DNA of 64,000 nucleotides from a virus (Duplodnaviria > Caudoviricetes): positions 160,001 through 224,000 of the IMG/VR virus record IMGVR_UViG_3300031420_000495. One strand, given 5' to 3'. Shown one piece after another: positions 10,567 to 21,900 of the stretch (positions within the stretch are counted from its first letter, which is position 1; every line of letters starts with the position of its first letter). The notes under the pieces were generated by a model. It was not told the DNA's origin and made no database searches. It worked only from the letters and a program-made list of their open reading frames with translations. The position numbers and the translations under genes were made by a program.

Positions 10567-11130
10567 TTACACGCGGACCAACTTTTTACCGGTCTGCCAG
10601 ATGCACGGTCCGATGATGAGCCCACGATCGACGACGCCGGACATGACGATGTCTTCGAATGTGCCGCTGGCAATTTCGAGTTCGAAACCACGCGGATCAA
10701 GAATACGCCACAGCTTGTTGCCGCGATAGCGTGCAACCATGTGCTGGATGCGGAAACCTTCAAGGACTACGTTGTCGATGATGATTGGTTGATACGGAGC
10801 AAGTTCTTCTTTGATAATCAGCTCAAAGCCGTCCTTCACTTTGTAGGCTTCATCGCGGGTCATACCGTCGCGTGGTTCCCAAGTACCGCTGATGATATAG
10901 TACTGGCCATCGATGATCTTGTGACCGCGCCCGCCGTATTCAGCTTGATAAGCCCAGTTGTCCTGGGTCTTCATTTGCTTCTCGAACGCTTTGTTCTTTG
11001 GAAGATATGGAATCGCGAAGCCGAGTGGAGGTGCTTCGGTTTTGGTGTGGGTTCCGTCATCGTGATACTCGATGTCAAACTCTTGTTTGCGAGTGATGCG
11101 GAGTTGTGCTGGAGGTTTTGGAGTGCTCAT
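10567..11130 (-). CDS. hypothetical protein
   Basis: ORF. Confidence 0.7.
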   Translation of the reverse strand: MSTPKPPAQLRITRKQEFDIEYHDDGTHTKTEAPPLGFAIPYLPKNKAFEKQMKTQDNWAYQAEYGGRGHKIIDGQYYIISGTWEPRDGMTRDEAYKVKDGFELIIKEELAPYQPIIIDNVVLEGFRIQHMVARYRGNKLWRILDPRGFELEIASGTFEDIVMSGVVDRGLIIGPCIWQTGKKLVRV

Positions 11131-11261
11131 AAATTTTTCTTGTTCTTTCAAGTTCGTCTAAAGTATGTTGAAACAAATCAACAAAACGTGTATCGGCATC
11201 GTGGGCAAGATTACGCCCACGCTCCGCAATTCTTCTTAAAATTTCAAACTGCTCGTCGAGT

Positions 11262-11552
11262 TCAGAAACGGTCGTCGATCCAGTAATTCCTGAGGAAACT
11301 TTCCCAGTCATCGATGTCACCCAGTTCGTCCATTGACTTTGCAGCCCGGACTTTTGCGACTTCTTCTTCATCGCCAGATGTGTCGTCCATCCAGTCCAGC
11401 ATGTGTTTCTGAACAGCTTTGAAGAAAGCTGTTTTGTTGGTGTAGACTTCGGTCATGCCGTGCCAGTCACCGACGTCCAGCGTTTCATTCCCACCGGCTG
11501 CCATGATGAGCCCGCACTTTACGCTCGAGCCTGCTACTTCGTCTAACTTCAT
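11262..11552 (-). CDS. hypothetical protein with MKLDE N-terminus
   Basis: ORF. Confidence 0.6.
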   Translation of the reverse strand: MKLDEVAGSSVKCGLIMAAGGNETLDVGDWHGMTEVYTNKTAFFKAVQKHMLDWMDDTSGDEEEVAKVRAAKSMDELGDIDDWESFLRNYWIDDRF

Positions 11553-11681
11553 TGGGATTCCTTTATGAGGGTTTGGATTTCTTCGATCAGGCCGTCTTCA
11601 CCCTTGTGATGATATTCGTCCCGATGCTCTTTCAAATCGTAAAGAGCGCGCTTGAGCAGGTCAAGCATTTGTTGTTCTTTT

Positions 11682-12593
11682 TCAGTCATCTGTATCTCGA
11701 TATTGTTCCAGCTCTGGTGGAACTTCAATGCCCTGCTCTTTCAAGTCGGCCATTGTGTTTTTGAATATGATGGCTGCGTCTTTCCGTTTCTTGATCCTAT
11801 TTATGATCTGCTCGACGGACATGATGTCCTTCGCTTTCACGCCAGGACCAAACATCAACGCAGCGGCTTTGTTGGGATCGCGGATTGGGTCTGGTCGCGG
11901 ATCGAACTTGTGATCCAACCCCATGCGATCGAGTTCAGCTTGAACTTCTTGAGGTGTTGCTTTGGTGAGAGACTTCGTCCGGCCTTTGCCGTCCTTCCGC
12001 ATCTTGCGGACTTTGAAGAGACGTTCAAGACCAACGTCGGCTTTGAACGAGCGACGAACGCGGATAACCGGTTCGCCATCTTCACCGTCGACTTCGAGGT
12101 CTTTGCCTTCTTCCCACACTTGCTTCATCATGTTGACGAGCAGCAATGAGCGCACAGCACCTTTGTATTTCGAACCCGGTGCAGAGTGAAACGCCCACTT
12201 CGCCCATTCAGTCGATGGGACAAGCATCAAGTCGACTTGGACTTTGTTTCCGCCTTCTACCGGAACCGCAAATGAGAAGACGCCTTTGCCGGCGCGGTGG
12301 ATTTCGTCTGTACCTGTGGCTTTGAGCATGCGTTGAACGATTGCTTCTTCGTTGTATTTCGAAGCGTCAACAGCAATGTCAATATCCCCGCTATCGGTCT
12401 TCTGACCGGCGAGGGTATGTGGTGTGGAACCAAGTAGGTTCGTTTTCAAATCATCAATGGGAATGCCGGCGTGCTTCGCCACGAAGGCGAGCGCCGATTT
12501 GATGTCGTTTGCGTTAGCCCGTGTCGTCCCCATATCCTTGGTGGATTTGCCAGACGACTTACGGGCTTCGCAGAGTAATTCTGCTACTTTCAT
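11682..12593 (-). CDS. nucleotidyltransferase (Pol beta superfamily)
   Basis: LLGST..DSGDIDIAVD and VQVDLM; starts MKVAELLCE. Confidence 0.75.
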   Translation of the reverse strand: MKVAELLCEARKSSGKSTKDMGTTRANANDIKSALAFVAKHAGIPIDDLKTNLLGSTPHTLAGQKTDSGDIDIAVDASKYNEEAIVQRMLKATGTDEIHRAGKGVFSFAVPVEGGNKVQVDLMLVPSTEWAKWAFHSAPGSKYKGAVRSLLLVNMMKQVWEEGKDLEVDGEDGEPVIRVRRSFKADVGLERLFKVRKMRKDGKGRTKSLTKATPQEVQAELDRMGLDHKFDPRPDPIRDPNKAAALMFGPGVKAKDIMSVEQIINRIKKRKDAAIIFKNTMADLKEQGIEVPPELEQYRDTDD

Positions 12594-12820
12594 TGTTCCC
12601 CTAGATGCTCCTCGATTGCGTACCGGACGTTGAACGAATCTTCGTCTGCACAACCATCGTGGCGTTCGAACGCCTTGACCAGATCGAGGATCATCTTCAT
12701 CGCGTTCGGATTCAGATCATCGAGCGGTTCGCCGTCCATGATTTGTTCAAGTTGTTCTTGAACCGACCAGCCAAGTGCGGAATACATCTTGGCCAGCTTC
12801 AGAAATGCTTCGAAATCCAT
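12590..12820 (-). CDS. hypothetical protein
   Basis: ORF in operon. Confidence 0.6.
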   Translation of the reverse strand: MDFEAFLKLAKMYSALGWSVQEQLEQIMDGEPLDDLNPNAMKMILDLVKAFERHDGCADEDSFNVRYAIEEHLGEQ

Positions 12821-13044
12821 TATCCCATTTCCAGTTCGCGAGTGACCAGCTCGCATTCGACTTGAAGGACCAGGTCGTCGATGTCGGCAAAGCCGTCGAC
12901 TTCGTAACCGAGCACGGCAGAACCCGCCATGGCCGTCAGCCGCTGAATGTCGAATCCTTCATAGGTATTGTTGACGATGTTCTGTGCTGCCACTGCTTCG
13001 AGGAAAGCTTGGGCAAAATCTTCCAGTTCTTGCAGGCGGCTCAT
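12820..13044 (-). CDS. hypothetical protein
   Basis: MSRLQELEDF start, overlaps neighbours. Confidence 0.55.
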   Translation of the reverse strand: MSRLQELEDFAQAFLEAVAAQNIVNNTYEGFDIQRLTAMAGSAVLGYEVDGFADIDDLVLQVECELVTRELEMG

Positions 13045-13250
13045 GCGGTCGTGATCCCTTGAAATTCGACGTTGTTGTACATCCACAGCAGGACTTCCTG
13101 CGCGTTTTCGATCTGATAGCCACGCTGGGCACATGCGCCCAGACAGTAGTCGAGCGTGGCATTGACCAGCAGCTCTTCGCCATTGTAGATCGAAGCGTAC
13201 ACGATGCCCGGATGACGGACGCTCAATTTTGGTTTGACAGTTACCAGCAT
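13041..13250 (-). CDS. hypothetical protein
   Basis: ORF. Confidence 0.55.
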   Translation of the reverse strand: MLVTVKPKLSVRHPGIVYASIYNGEELLVNATLDYCLGACAQRGYQIENAQEVLLWMYNNVEFQGITTA

Positions 13251-13252
13251 GA

Positions 13253-13501
13253 TTAAAACCCCAGTCCAAGTTCTTCAGCGATGCGCACGTTCACCCAATC
13301 GATTGGGTCGCCATCCTTTGCGGTGGCGGTGCCGTACGGAATTTCGCCGGTGTTGCAGTAGTGATTAAAAAGAATTTCGTAAACTTCGTCTTCGACTTCG
13401 CAACCGAGTTCCAGCAGAGTCACGGTCTGATTGGCTTGTTCGACGGTCAGGCCGAATTCAGTCACGAGGCGGGTGATGATCTGTGCGGTAGTGTTGGTCA
13501 T
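13253..13501 (-). CDS. hypothetical protein
   Basis: ORF after promoter. Confidence 0.6.
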   Translation of the reverse strand: MTNTTAQIITRLVTEFGLTVEQANQTVTLLELGCEVEDEVYEILFNHYCNTGEIPYGTATAKDGDPIDWVNVRIAEELGLGF

Positions 13502-13531
13502 TTTGTTTGCTCTGTTCGTTTGGTATGGAAG

Positions 13532-13570
13532 CATTATACCCAGCCATCCGAAAATAGCACAGCCTTATTT
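13532..13570 (-). promoter_or_regulatory. promoter AAATAA..CTGTGCT-N17-TATAATG
   Basis: Motif read directly. Confidence 0.7.
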
Positions 13571-13630
13571 ACGAAAGAGGGGCGCTTCCAATAAATACTC
13601 ATACGAATTTACCTAACTGGAGCACGCACA

Positions 13631-16600
13631 ATGCTTATTGACGGCCTTAACCTTGCCGAGGGCAGTACCCTCACCAATGCAATCATCGCTAGTGGAACTG
13701 AGTTTCCGCCAGCAACTCAAGGTGAACTCTTCTTCCGAAGCGACCTCGGAATGCTTCACGTCTTCAATGGTCAAACATGGCTTGGCATCGGCAATAGCTC
13801 TGCAATGCTCGACGATCATCCTGGTTCATATTACCTCGATCTTGGCAACGCAACAGGAATTTTGTCAGTTGCACAGGGCGGTACTGGCGTTGCTACTCTC
13901 GCAATGCTTCGCACCAACCTTGGACTGGATAACGTTCAGCCACTCGACGGCGACCTGACTGCAATCGCAGGTATTCAAACCAGTGCAGGTTTGCTGCGTA
14001 AGACTGCGGAAAATACTTGGGAACTTGACACAGCTACGTATCTGACTGACAACCAACCGATTACGGTGACGGGTGACGTTACTGGTGCAGGTGCAACCGC
14101 CATCAATACCACGCTGGCAAATGTCGGTGCAGCTGGAACGTATCGTTCGGTAACGACTGATGTAAAGGGCCGCGTAATCTCTGGCTCGAATCCAACCACG
14201 CTCGAAGGGTACGGCATCACTGACGCACAGCCGCTCGATGGCGATCTGACTTCAATCGCAGGTCTGACTGGTAGTTCTGGTCTGCCACGCAAAGTCGGTG
14301 CAAACTCCTGGGTTCTGGACACAGCATCCTACATCACTGGCAATCAAACAATCACCATTACTGGTGACGTGACCGGCTCCGGAACAACCGCGATTCCGCT
14401 GACTCTTGCTTCTGTGGGCGCACCTGGTACATACAAGTCGATTACAACCGACTCCAAAGGTCGTGTCACTGCTGGTACAAATCCAACAACACTCGCTGGT
14501 TTTGGCATCACTGATGCCCTGAAGAAAACTGACGACACGTTCACTGGCACATTGACGATGGTGGGTGACATCGTACCTGCGACAAACGTCACATACAATC
14601 TCGGTTCGCCGACGAAGATGTGGCGAGACATTTATGTCGGCCCAGGTTCGATTTACATGAACGGCAAAAAGATTCTGGAAGAAGTTGCTTCGACCGTTAT
14701 CTTCTCGTCCGATGACAATCAGAACGTTCGTATCGAAACGACTGGTACTGGTAATCTCGAACTGCAATCCGCAGTTGGTGGTGCGATCCAGATCAAGGGT
14801 ACTTTGTCGATTGCTTCTGGCAAACGCATCGTCGACTCCGCGGGTATTCAAGTTGAATTCGCAGACGACATCGCCATGAACGGCAACAAGGTTACTGGCC
14901 TTGCAGCTCCGACCGTTACGACTGACGCAGCAAACAAAGCATACGTTGACAATGCAACTCTTGCTGATACGACACTCGTTCGCACGACTGGCAATCAAAG
15001 TATTGCAGGCCAAAAGACCTTCACTGGTGACGTCATCCTCGCAGGCAATCTGACAATCTCTGGTACGACGACAACCGTCAATTCCCAGACTGTTCTGCTT
15101 GCTGACAACATTCTCGAACTGAACTCTGACTTCACCGCTGGTACGCCATCGGAAAATGCTGGTATTCAAATTCGTCGTGGCGACCTTGGCATTGCTCAGT
15201 TCCTGTGGGACGAAGCAAACGACCGCTTTACGATGATGACTGGTGCAAACGCACCTCTGCCGCTTTACACTGGGGCATCGATCACGGCTGGTTCGTTCGT
15301 TGGCCCACTGACTGGTAATGCGTCGACAGCAACTAAGCTTGCGACAGCACGCACAATCAACGGTGCATCTTTCGATGGTACGGCAAACATCAGCTACACA
15401 ACTGACGCAGTTGTGGAAGGTGCAACCAATCTGTACTTCACGAACACACGTGCTGCTGCAGCTGCTCCGGTTCAGTCGGTCTTTGGTCGCACTGGTGCTA
15501 TTGCGCTGACAAGTGCAGATGTGACTGGCGCATTGGCTTATACGCCTGCAAATAAAGCTGGTGACACGTTCACTGGTAATATCACTGCTCCGACTTTTAT
15601 CGGCGCGTTGACTGGCAACGCATCGACTGCTACGACTTTGCAAACAGCACGCACAATCAACGGTGTTTCATTCAACGGATCAGCAAACATTTCCTTCACA
15701 ACATCAGCAGTTGCTGAAGGTACAAATCTGTATCACACCACAGCTCGCGCAGCTGCCGCTGCACCTGTGCAATCCGTATTTGGACGTACAGGCGCGGTCA
15801 CAATGGCAAGTGCTGATGTGACGACTGCTCTTGGCTTTACACCAGCAAACATTGCTTCTCCGACTTTCACTGGCACGGTGACTGCACCGACGTTTGTGGG
15901 TGCACTTAGCGGTAATGCATCAACCGCAACCAAACTGGCAACTGCTCGCACGATCAATGGCGTGTCTTTTGACGGTTCAGCGAACATCACCTTGCCTGCG
16001 GCAACAAGCGCTGAAGTAATTTCGTCGCTTGGATACGCGCCTACACGTCAGGGTGGATTTACTTCGGGTGCACAACAATCCGTAAGTGCTATCACAACTC
16101 TTCGAAATGTAGCCAATCCTTCTATCGACGTTGGCTATGCAACTGGTGTTCGTTTCCGTTTTGGTTCGCAGAACGATGCCGATACAACCAACGGCTACGC
16201 AGACATCATCGACCTGTCGACCTATGTTGATTCCACAGGCGGTGGTGTCAACGCGTTGTATTTCAACAAGTCAAGCCAATTGATGACCCACAAGTTTGCA
16301 CCGGCCGGTGCAACTACATGGGTAGCTAAGACAGTTGCGTACACCGACAGTAATATCACTGGTAATGCTGCATCGGCTACCAAGCTGGCAACAGCTCGCA
16401 CGATCAACGGTGTTGCATTCGACGGTACAGCGAATATTACAGTTGCTGATGCTACGAAACTTCCGTTGACAGGCGGTACGCTCACAGGCTCGTTGACCAT
16501 GGCAAATGGTCGAGACATCATTCTTGCTGCAACTACCGGTGGCACAGATATGGGCGACATCGTTTTCCAAAATGGTGATGGCACAGAAAAGCACCGTCTG

Positions 16601-18256
16601 TACGACGGCACAACAGGTCTGTACTATCGCCTAAACGGTGGTACATCATATTTGCTCGTTCACGCAGGTAACGTCGGAACGTACAATGCTGGTTCAGCAA
16701 CGAAACTTGCAACCGCGCGTAACATCAATGGTGTTCCGTTCGACGGTTCTGCCGACATCACGATCACAGCTAGTGCGTCGACTGTACCATGGACAGGCGT
16801 CACAGGCAAGCCAACTCGCACAACGTGGAATGCTGACACTACTGCGAATGATTTCGTTGCGGGTCAACTGACATGGCGTTACTACGGCAACAGCCATACC
16901 ATCTTTGACGCAGGCGCCGGCGTTTCACCAACTGGCGCGACAATCGATAAAAACAATCCGCAGTACGCTTGGGCAACGCAATATCCTACACTGATGGGTT
17001 GGAATGGTACAGCAACCTACGGTGTCCGCGTTGACACTTCGCGTTATGCAGAAAATACCACGTGGGGTGGTGTTGCTAACAAGCCAACAACAGTTGCTGG
17101 CTATGGTATCACTGACGCAGTTGGTAGTGGCGGAACATTTGCTGCTGCGAACGTTGATACGATCGTCAACAGCGGTTACTACAATCAGCAGAACAGTGGC
17201 GACAGTCACACGGTAATTGTTCACAATGCGCAAGGCTCGACAGGTACTGTTCAACAGCGATTCCACTATATGGGTGGTTATGAATTCCGCAACCGCACGG
17301 ATAATGCTAACTGGTCTGCTTGGAAAACAGTTGTAACGAACTTGAACGTTGCGGGCTATGTGGCGGGTAACCCTGCAGCTTCTGCTCCAAAACTGACTGG
17401 CCCCGCATACACCAACGGTACTGACGGATGGTTCCGTAACACTGGGCAAACTGGTTGGTTCAATGATAGCTACTCAACTGGTTTGTATCCTGTTGGCGCG
17501 CAAGCTATTGGTACATACAACAATTCGCGTTTGCTGAGTAACCAGGGAACACCGGCATTGCCGTCGTTCTCCTTCGGTAACGACGCAGATACGGGTATCT
17601 ACTCGCCAAGCGATGGTATTCTTGGATTCAGTGTTAATGCGGTGCAGCGAGCGACGCTCACAGGCGATTTTTCCCTGACAGGCGGTGGTTTCTTCTCGAA
17701 CGGTCTCAGCTCTTTCAAGAACAATAAGGGTAGTGGCGTATATTCGGGTAACACCGCAAACTTTACCTACTTCTATTCGGATGACTCTGGCGCGGCAGGT
17801 TTCTCGTTCCACCGTGGTGGTGCGTATGCTGTCAACATGGCTCTTGATCCAGACAACGTCATCCGTATTGGCGGTTGGTCTGCTTCTGCAAACCGATTCG
17901 CGTTTGATATGGGTGGTAACTTCACTGCTGCTGGTGACGTTGCTGCGTTCTCTGACGAACGTCGTAAAACCAACTGGCGCGGCATCGACGATGACTTCGT
18001 TCAACGTTGGGCAACCGTCAAGCACGGTGTGTACGAACGTATCGACGAAGGCAATCGCGACCAACTCGGTCTCGGTGCTCAGTCGGTCCAGGCGATCCTG
18101 CCGAACGCAGTCCATGAGGACTCGGAAGGTTATCTGTCTCTGAACTACGGTGCTGCGGCTGGTGTTGCTACCGTTAAGCTGGCTCAGAAAGTTGTTGATC
18201 TTGAAGCTAAGATCGCGATGCTTGAAGCGAAACTCGAAGCACTCATGGGGAAATAA
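13631..18256 (+). CDS. long tail fibre with internal repeats and S74 chaperone
   Basis: 5x AT(K/T)L.TAR.ING..F.G repeats, duplicated N-terminal block, FSDERRKTNW; TAAATA upstream. Confidence 0.9.
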   Translation: MLIDGLNLAEGSTLTNAIIASGTEFPPATQGELFFRSDLGMLHVFNGQTWLGIGNSSAMLDDHPGSYYLDLGNATGILSVAQGGTGVATLAMLRTNLGLDNVQPLDGDLTAIAGIQTSAGLLRKTAENTWELDTATYLTDNQPITVTGDVTGAGATAINTTLANVGAAGTYRSVTTDVKGRVISGSNPTTLEGYGITDAQPLDGDLTSIAGLTGSSGLPRKVGANSWVLDTASYITGNQTITITGDVTGSGTTAIPLTLASVGAPGTYKSITTDSKGRVTAGTNPTTLAGFGITDALKKTDDTFTGTLTMVGDIVPATNVTYNLGSPTKMWRDIYVGPGSIYMNGKKILEEVASTVIFSSDDNQNVRIETTGTGNLELQSAVGGAIQIKGTLSIASGKRIVDSAGIQVEFADDIAMNGNKVTGLAAPTVTTDAANKAYVDNATLADTTLVRTTGNQSIAGQKTFTGDVILAGNLTISGTTTTVNSQTVLLADNILELNSDFTAGTPSENAGIQIRRGDLGIAQFLWDEANDRFTMMTGANAPLPLYTGASITAGSFVGPLTGNASTATKLATARTINGASFDGTANISYTTDAVVEGATNLYFTNTRAAAAAPVQSVFGRTGAIALTSADVTGALAYTPANKAGDTFTGNITAPTFIGALTGNASTATTLQTARTINGVSFNGSANISFTTSAVAEGTNLYHTTARAAAAAPVQSVFGRTGAVTMASADVTTALGFTPANIASPTFTGTVTAPTFVGALSGNASTATKLATARTINGVSFDGSANITLPAATSAEVISSLGYAPTRQGGFTSGAQQSVSAITTLRNVANPSIDVGYATGVRFRFGSQNDADTTNGYADIIDLSTYVDSTGGGVNALYFNKSSQLMTHKFAPAGATTWVAKTVAYTDSNITGNAASATKLATARTINGVAFDGTANITVADATKLPLTGGTLTGSLTMANGRDIILAATTGGTDMGDIVFQNGDGTEKHRLYDGTTGLYYRLNGGTSYLLVHAGNVGTYNAGSATKLATARNINGVPFDGSADITITASASTVPWTGVTGKPTRTTWNADTTANDFVAGQLTWRYYGNSHTIFDAGAGVSPTGATIDKNNPQYAWATQYPTLMGWNGTATYGVRVDTSRYAENTTWGGVANKPTTVAGYGITDAVGSGGTFAAANVDTIVNSGYYNQQNSGDSHTVIVHNAQGSTGTVQQRFHYMGGYEFRNRTDNANWSAWKTVVTNLNVAGYVAGNPAASAPKLTGPAYTNGTDGWFRNTGQTGWFNDSYSTGLYPVGAQAIGTYNNSRLLSNQGTPALPSFSFGNDADTGIYSPSDGILGFSVNAVQRATLTGDFSLTGGGFFSNGLSSFKNNKGSGVYSGNTANFTYFYSDDSGAAGFSFHRGGAYAVNMALDPDNVIRIGGWSASANRFAFDMGGNFTAAGDVAAFSDERRKTNWRGIDDDFVQRWATVKHGVYERIDEGNRDQLGLGAQSVQAILPNAVHEDSEGYLSLNYGAAAGVATVKLAQKVVDLEAKIAMLEAKLEALMGK

Positions 18257-18257
18257 C

Positions 18258-18893
18258 ATGGCACTTCAATCGAGCGGCACAATTTACGTGTCGCAGATCA
18301 ACCCGTACATCGGGCTGTCTGCGACAGCGAATATCTGGTTCAGCCACCAGGCGATGAGAAATCTCGCAGGCGTTTCGAGCGGTCTTATCAAGATGTCGAA
18401 CTTCTATGGTAAGCCAGTGAGCACAGGCGGATCAACCGGCGACACCGGTGGCGGTGGCGGACAATGCGTCGCTGTATCTTCGTTCTTGCCAGATGGAAAA
18501 CTTGCTGGTGAAATTCAGGTTGGCGACACGATGATGCTTGCTGACGAGACAACTCTCGATCCAAGCACTGGCGTAGTTACAATGTCTGTTCCGAGTGTTC
18601 AACCAGGCTATCGTTTCCGTACATCATCGGGCGCAAGTCTTGTGTGCTCGGATTCTGCACCGATTCCAACAAAGAATAACGGATACAAAACGCCGATCGA
18701 TCTTCTCGGCCAATTGGTTCCTGTTCGTCATGATGCATACGACGGATACATTTTTGCTTGGGAACTCGTTGAGTCCGTCGAAAGCGTAGGCGACATCGAA
18801 GTTCAGATGATAACCGTAGGCGACAAGTGCTTCTGGGCTGGCGAGCAACCTGGCGCATTTATTCTTCACCACAATCTGAAACAAATCGCTTGA
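18258..18893 (+). CDS. tail-tip/adhesin-like protein with C-terminal Hint domain
   Basis: MALQSSGTIYVSQIN module, Gly linker, C...HHN domain (18465-18875). Confidence 0.7.
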   Translation: MALQSSGTIYVSQINPYIGLSATANIWFSHQAMRNLAGVSSGLIKMSNFYGKPVSTGGSTGDTGGGGGQCVAVSSFLPDGKLAGEIQVGDTMMLADETTLDPSTGVVTMSVPSVQPGYRFRTSSGASLVCSDSAPIPTKNNGYKTPIDLLGQLVPVRHDAYDGYIFAWELVESVESVGDIEVQMITVGDKCFWAGEQPGAFILHHNLKQIA

Positions 18894-18937
18894 AGCAGCA
18901 CTTGACGTAAATAGCAGGTCACCTTTAGGAATAGACT

Positions 18938-21900
18938 ATGCTTATTGACCGTCCACAAGTAGTAGAAGGTAGTTCCATTCAGAACGCAACAGTTCCGAGT
19001 GGACCTACCTTTCCAACATTGCCGAATGCTGGCGAACTCTTTTATCTCACCACCGCGTCTGGTTCAAATCCAGTTGGCCTGTATTCGTACTCTGGCGGAG
19101 GATGGGAAGCATCTGCAAAGAATGCAACACTCGTTGCGCACATGGCCGATGACGATCGCCACCTCACGGCAGCGCAAAACACATTGATCGATGCTATCAC
19201 GGTCACAGCAGCGGACATCAACTCGATTCCAAGCGTCACGACTCGCGTTACGACTACCGAAACGAATCTCGCAAATCACATCGCGGATTTGACCAAACAC
19301 TTGACTCCAGCGCAGAACACGTTCTTGGATGCGCTGAATCTTCCGACACTGACTGCAGCCCACGTGAACTTCGTGACGGGCGTAACGTCGAATATTCAAA
19401 GTCAGCTTGACGCAATCAAGGCGGTTGACTCTCAGCAATCATCTGACATCAGCAATCTGCAATCGACCCAGGCATCTGGACAATCGTCGTTGCAATCCCA
19501 GTTGAATGCCCACGTCGCCGACGACACACGTCACTTGACTGCTGCACAGAATACTTTGCTTGACGGCATTACCGTTGACTTCACGCAGATCAATCGTCTC
19601 ACTGGGCTTACTTCGTATCTCGATACGTTTACAACTGGCCAAACACTTGTCACACGTTTGACTGGGCTCGATGCGACCAAGCTGAACATTGACGGCACGA
19701 AATCGATGACTGGTGACCTGAATATGGGTTCCAGGAGAATCACGAATCTTGCAACACCAACTGTAGCAAGCGATGCCGCAACCAAAGATTACGTTGACAG
19801 CTTTGTTCAGGGTCTGCACTGGGTAGGTTCTGTCTGGGTCGCAACGACTCAGAACATCGCGCTTTCTGGTTTGCAAACAATTGACAGCATTGCACTCGCT
19901 GCAGGCGATCGTGTGCTTGTCAAGAACCAAACGACTGCTTCGCAAAACGGTATCTGGGTTGTGGCTGCAGGTGCATGGACTCGTGCAAACGACTTCAACT
20001 CAGCGATCGAAATCAACAACTCAGCTGTGTTCGTTCTGCAAGGTGCAACACAGGGCAAATCAACTTGGGTTCAGCTCAGCACTGTTACGACTGTCGCAAC
20101 TGATCCGATCACTTGGTCCGCATTCTCTGGTCCAGTCATCAACAGCGCTGGTGCAGGTATCTCGCTCGGAACTGGTGGACAGGTTTCTGTTGTCGAAGGT
20201 GCAGGTCTGACATTCAGCGGAAACGCTATTGTTGCTGACGTGCATCCGTCCGGTGGTCTGATGACGACCCTGGATAACGCAACAGCTTCGACCGATGCAG
20301 CAGCCGAACTTGCACTGACAAACGTCGGTACGCCAGGAACATATCGTTCGGTAACAACCGATGCGAAAGGCCGTGTCACGTCCGGATCAAATCCAACGGT
20401 ATCGATCGCGCAAGGCGGTACTGGTGCAATAACTGGTCCAGCAGCTTTGACTTCACTCGGCGCTTTGCCAATTGCTGGCGGAACAATGACGGGTCCGTTG
20501 CAGGTCAAGAGCAACACACTCCTTGGTTCTAACTCAGTTGGAACATTTAACGGTTCCGGCTCAGCGTTGACAGTTGTGCACGTCGGATCAGGTACCGAGT
20601 ACGGTATCACGATCGCGCCGACGACGTCGACGTCAATCACGAATACAATCAATTTCCTCAGCTCTGCGTCGACACCGTCTGCACCTGTAGCAGTTGGTGC
20701 TATTCAATTGCTCGTCAACAATTCTGGTCTGAATTTGTCTGGCCCATGGTCTGTCAACGGTAGTTCGATTTATTCTACGGCCGGCGGTGAAATGACTGGC
20801 CAGCCAATCGTTCGCGCGTCAGACAGCGGAATGATTCTGCAGTCGCGTAATACTTCCCCAACGACTATACCATATCAGTTTTACATTCAGCACAATCTGG
20901 GCAATGTCGTCATCGGCAACGAACGTGGCGGCGTTCAGCTGAACGGTAATGCATCGACGGCAAGCTCTGTGCCATGGTCCGGTATCACAGCGCGTCCAAC
21001 ACGGACGAACTGGGCAGATAATGCCGGCAATGACATTATCGCTGGACAGTTGACATGGCGTAACTACAATAACAATCACACGGTCTTTGATGCGTCATCT
21101 GGCGTTAGTCCAACTGGAGCTACAATCGACAGGATCAATCCGTCTGTCGGCTGGACTGAGACGTACCCAACTCTCATGGGTTGGAATGGTCAGCAAACGT
21201 ATGGTGTGCGTGTTGACACATGCCGCGTTTCAGATATTACGAATCAGACAACTATTGGTCGCGTCGGTACTCTTGGCCCTGGTTATGGTTCATACGGTTC
21301 GATCAACGTAGCTGGCAATACAAACGGCTGGGCAGGTATTTCGTTTTCAGACTATAACGCAACGTTCATGGTCAATGGCTCACAGTCAGGTGTTTATCGA
21401 AACAACAATTCGTGGGATTGGAAGTTCGATTCAAACGGCGTGCTTTCGACTGGTACAGTACCAGGCACAAGCGTAACGGGCACGGTTGCTAGTGCAACAC
21501 TCGCTGCAAAAGCATCTACACTTGTGTTGGGCGGCGGCACAGGGAATGGCGCGGTATTCAATTGGTCCGGACAAGGTGGACAACCTACCTGGTTGTGGGG
21601 CGGTAGCGATGGCGTCAATATGTACGTTTACAATCCGTCAAACTTCTCTGTTGCAAGCGCAGGTTCGGCCGGTTCGGCAGCAAGACTTACTGGTCCAGCA
21701 AACGTCAATGGTACTGACGGATGGTTCCGTTCAACAGGTGCAGCTGGCTGGTATAACTCGGATTATGCGGTTGGTATCTACTCGTCAGAAGCTGGTAACG
21801 TTCGCACGTACAATAACTCCCGTTTCATTAGCAATCAAGGTAGTGCAACGCTTCCAGCGTTTTCATTTACAAATGATACTGACACAGGTTTTTATTCTGA

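Noticed and set aside
14252-18259. Minus-strand ORFs within tail fibre 2
   Set aside because: Shadows of a repetitive real gene.
18465-18875. Classical splicing intein
   Set aside because: C-terminal position, Leu after Asn, no block-B His and no endonuclease; treated as a Hint auto-processing domain.
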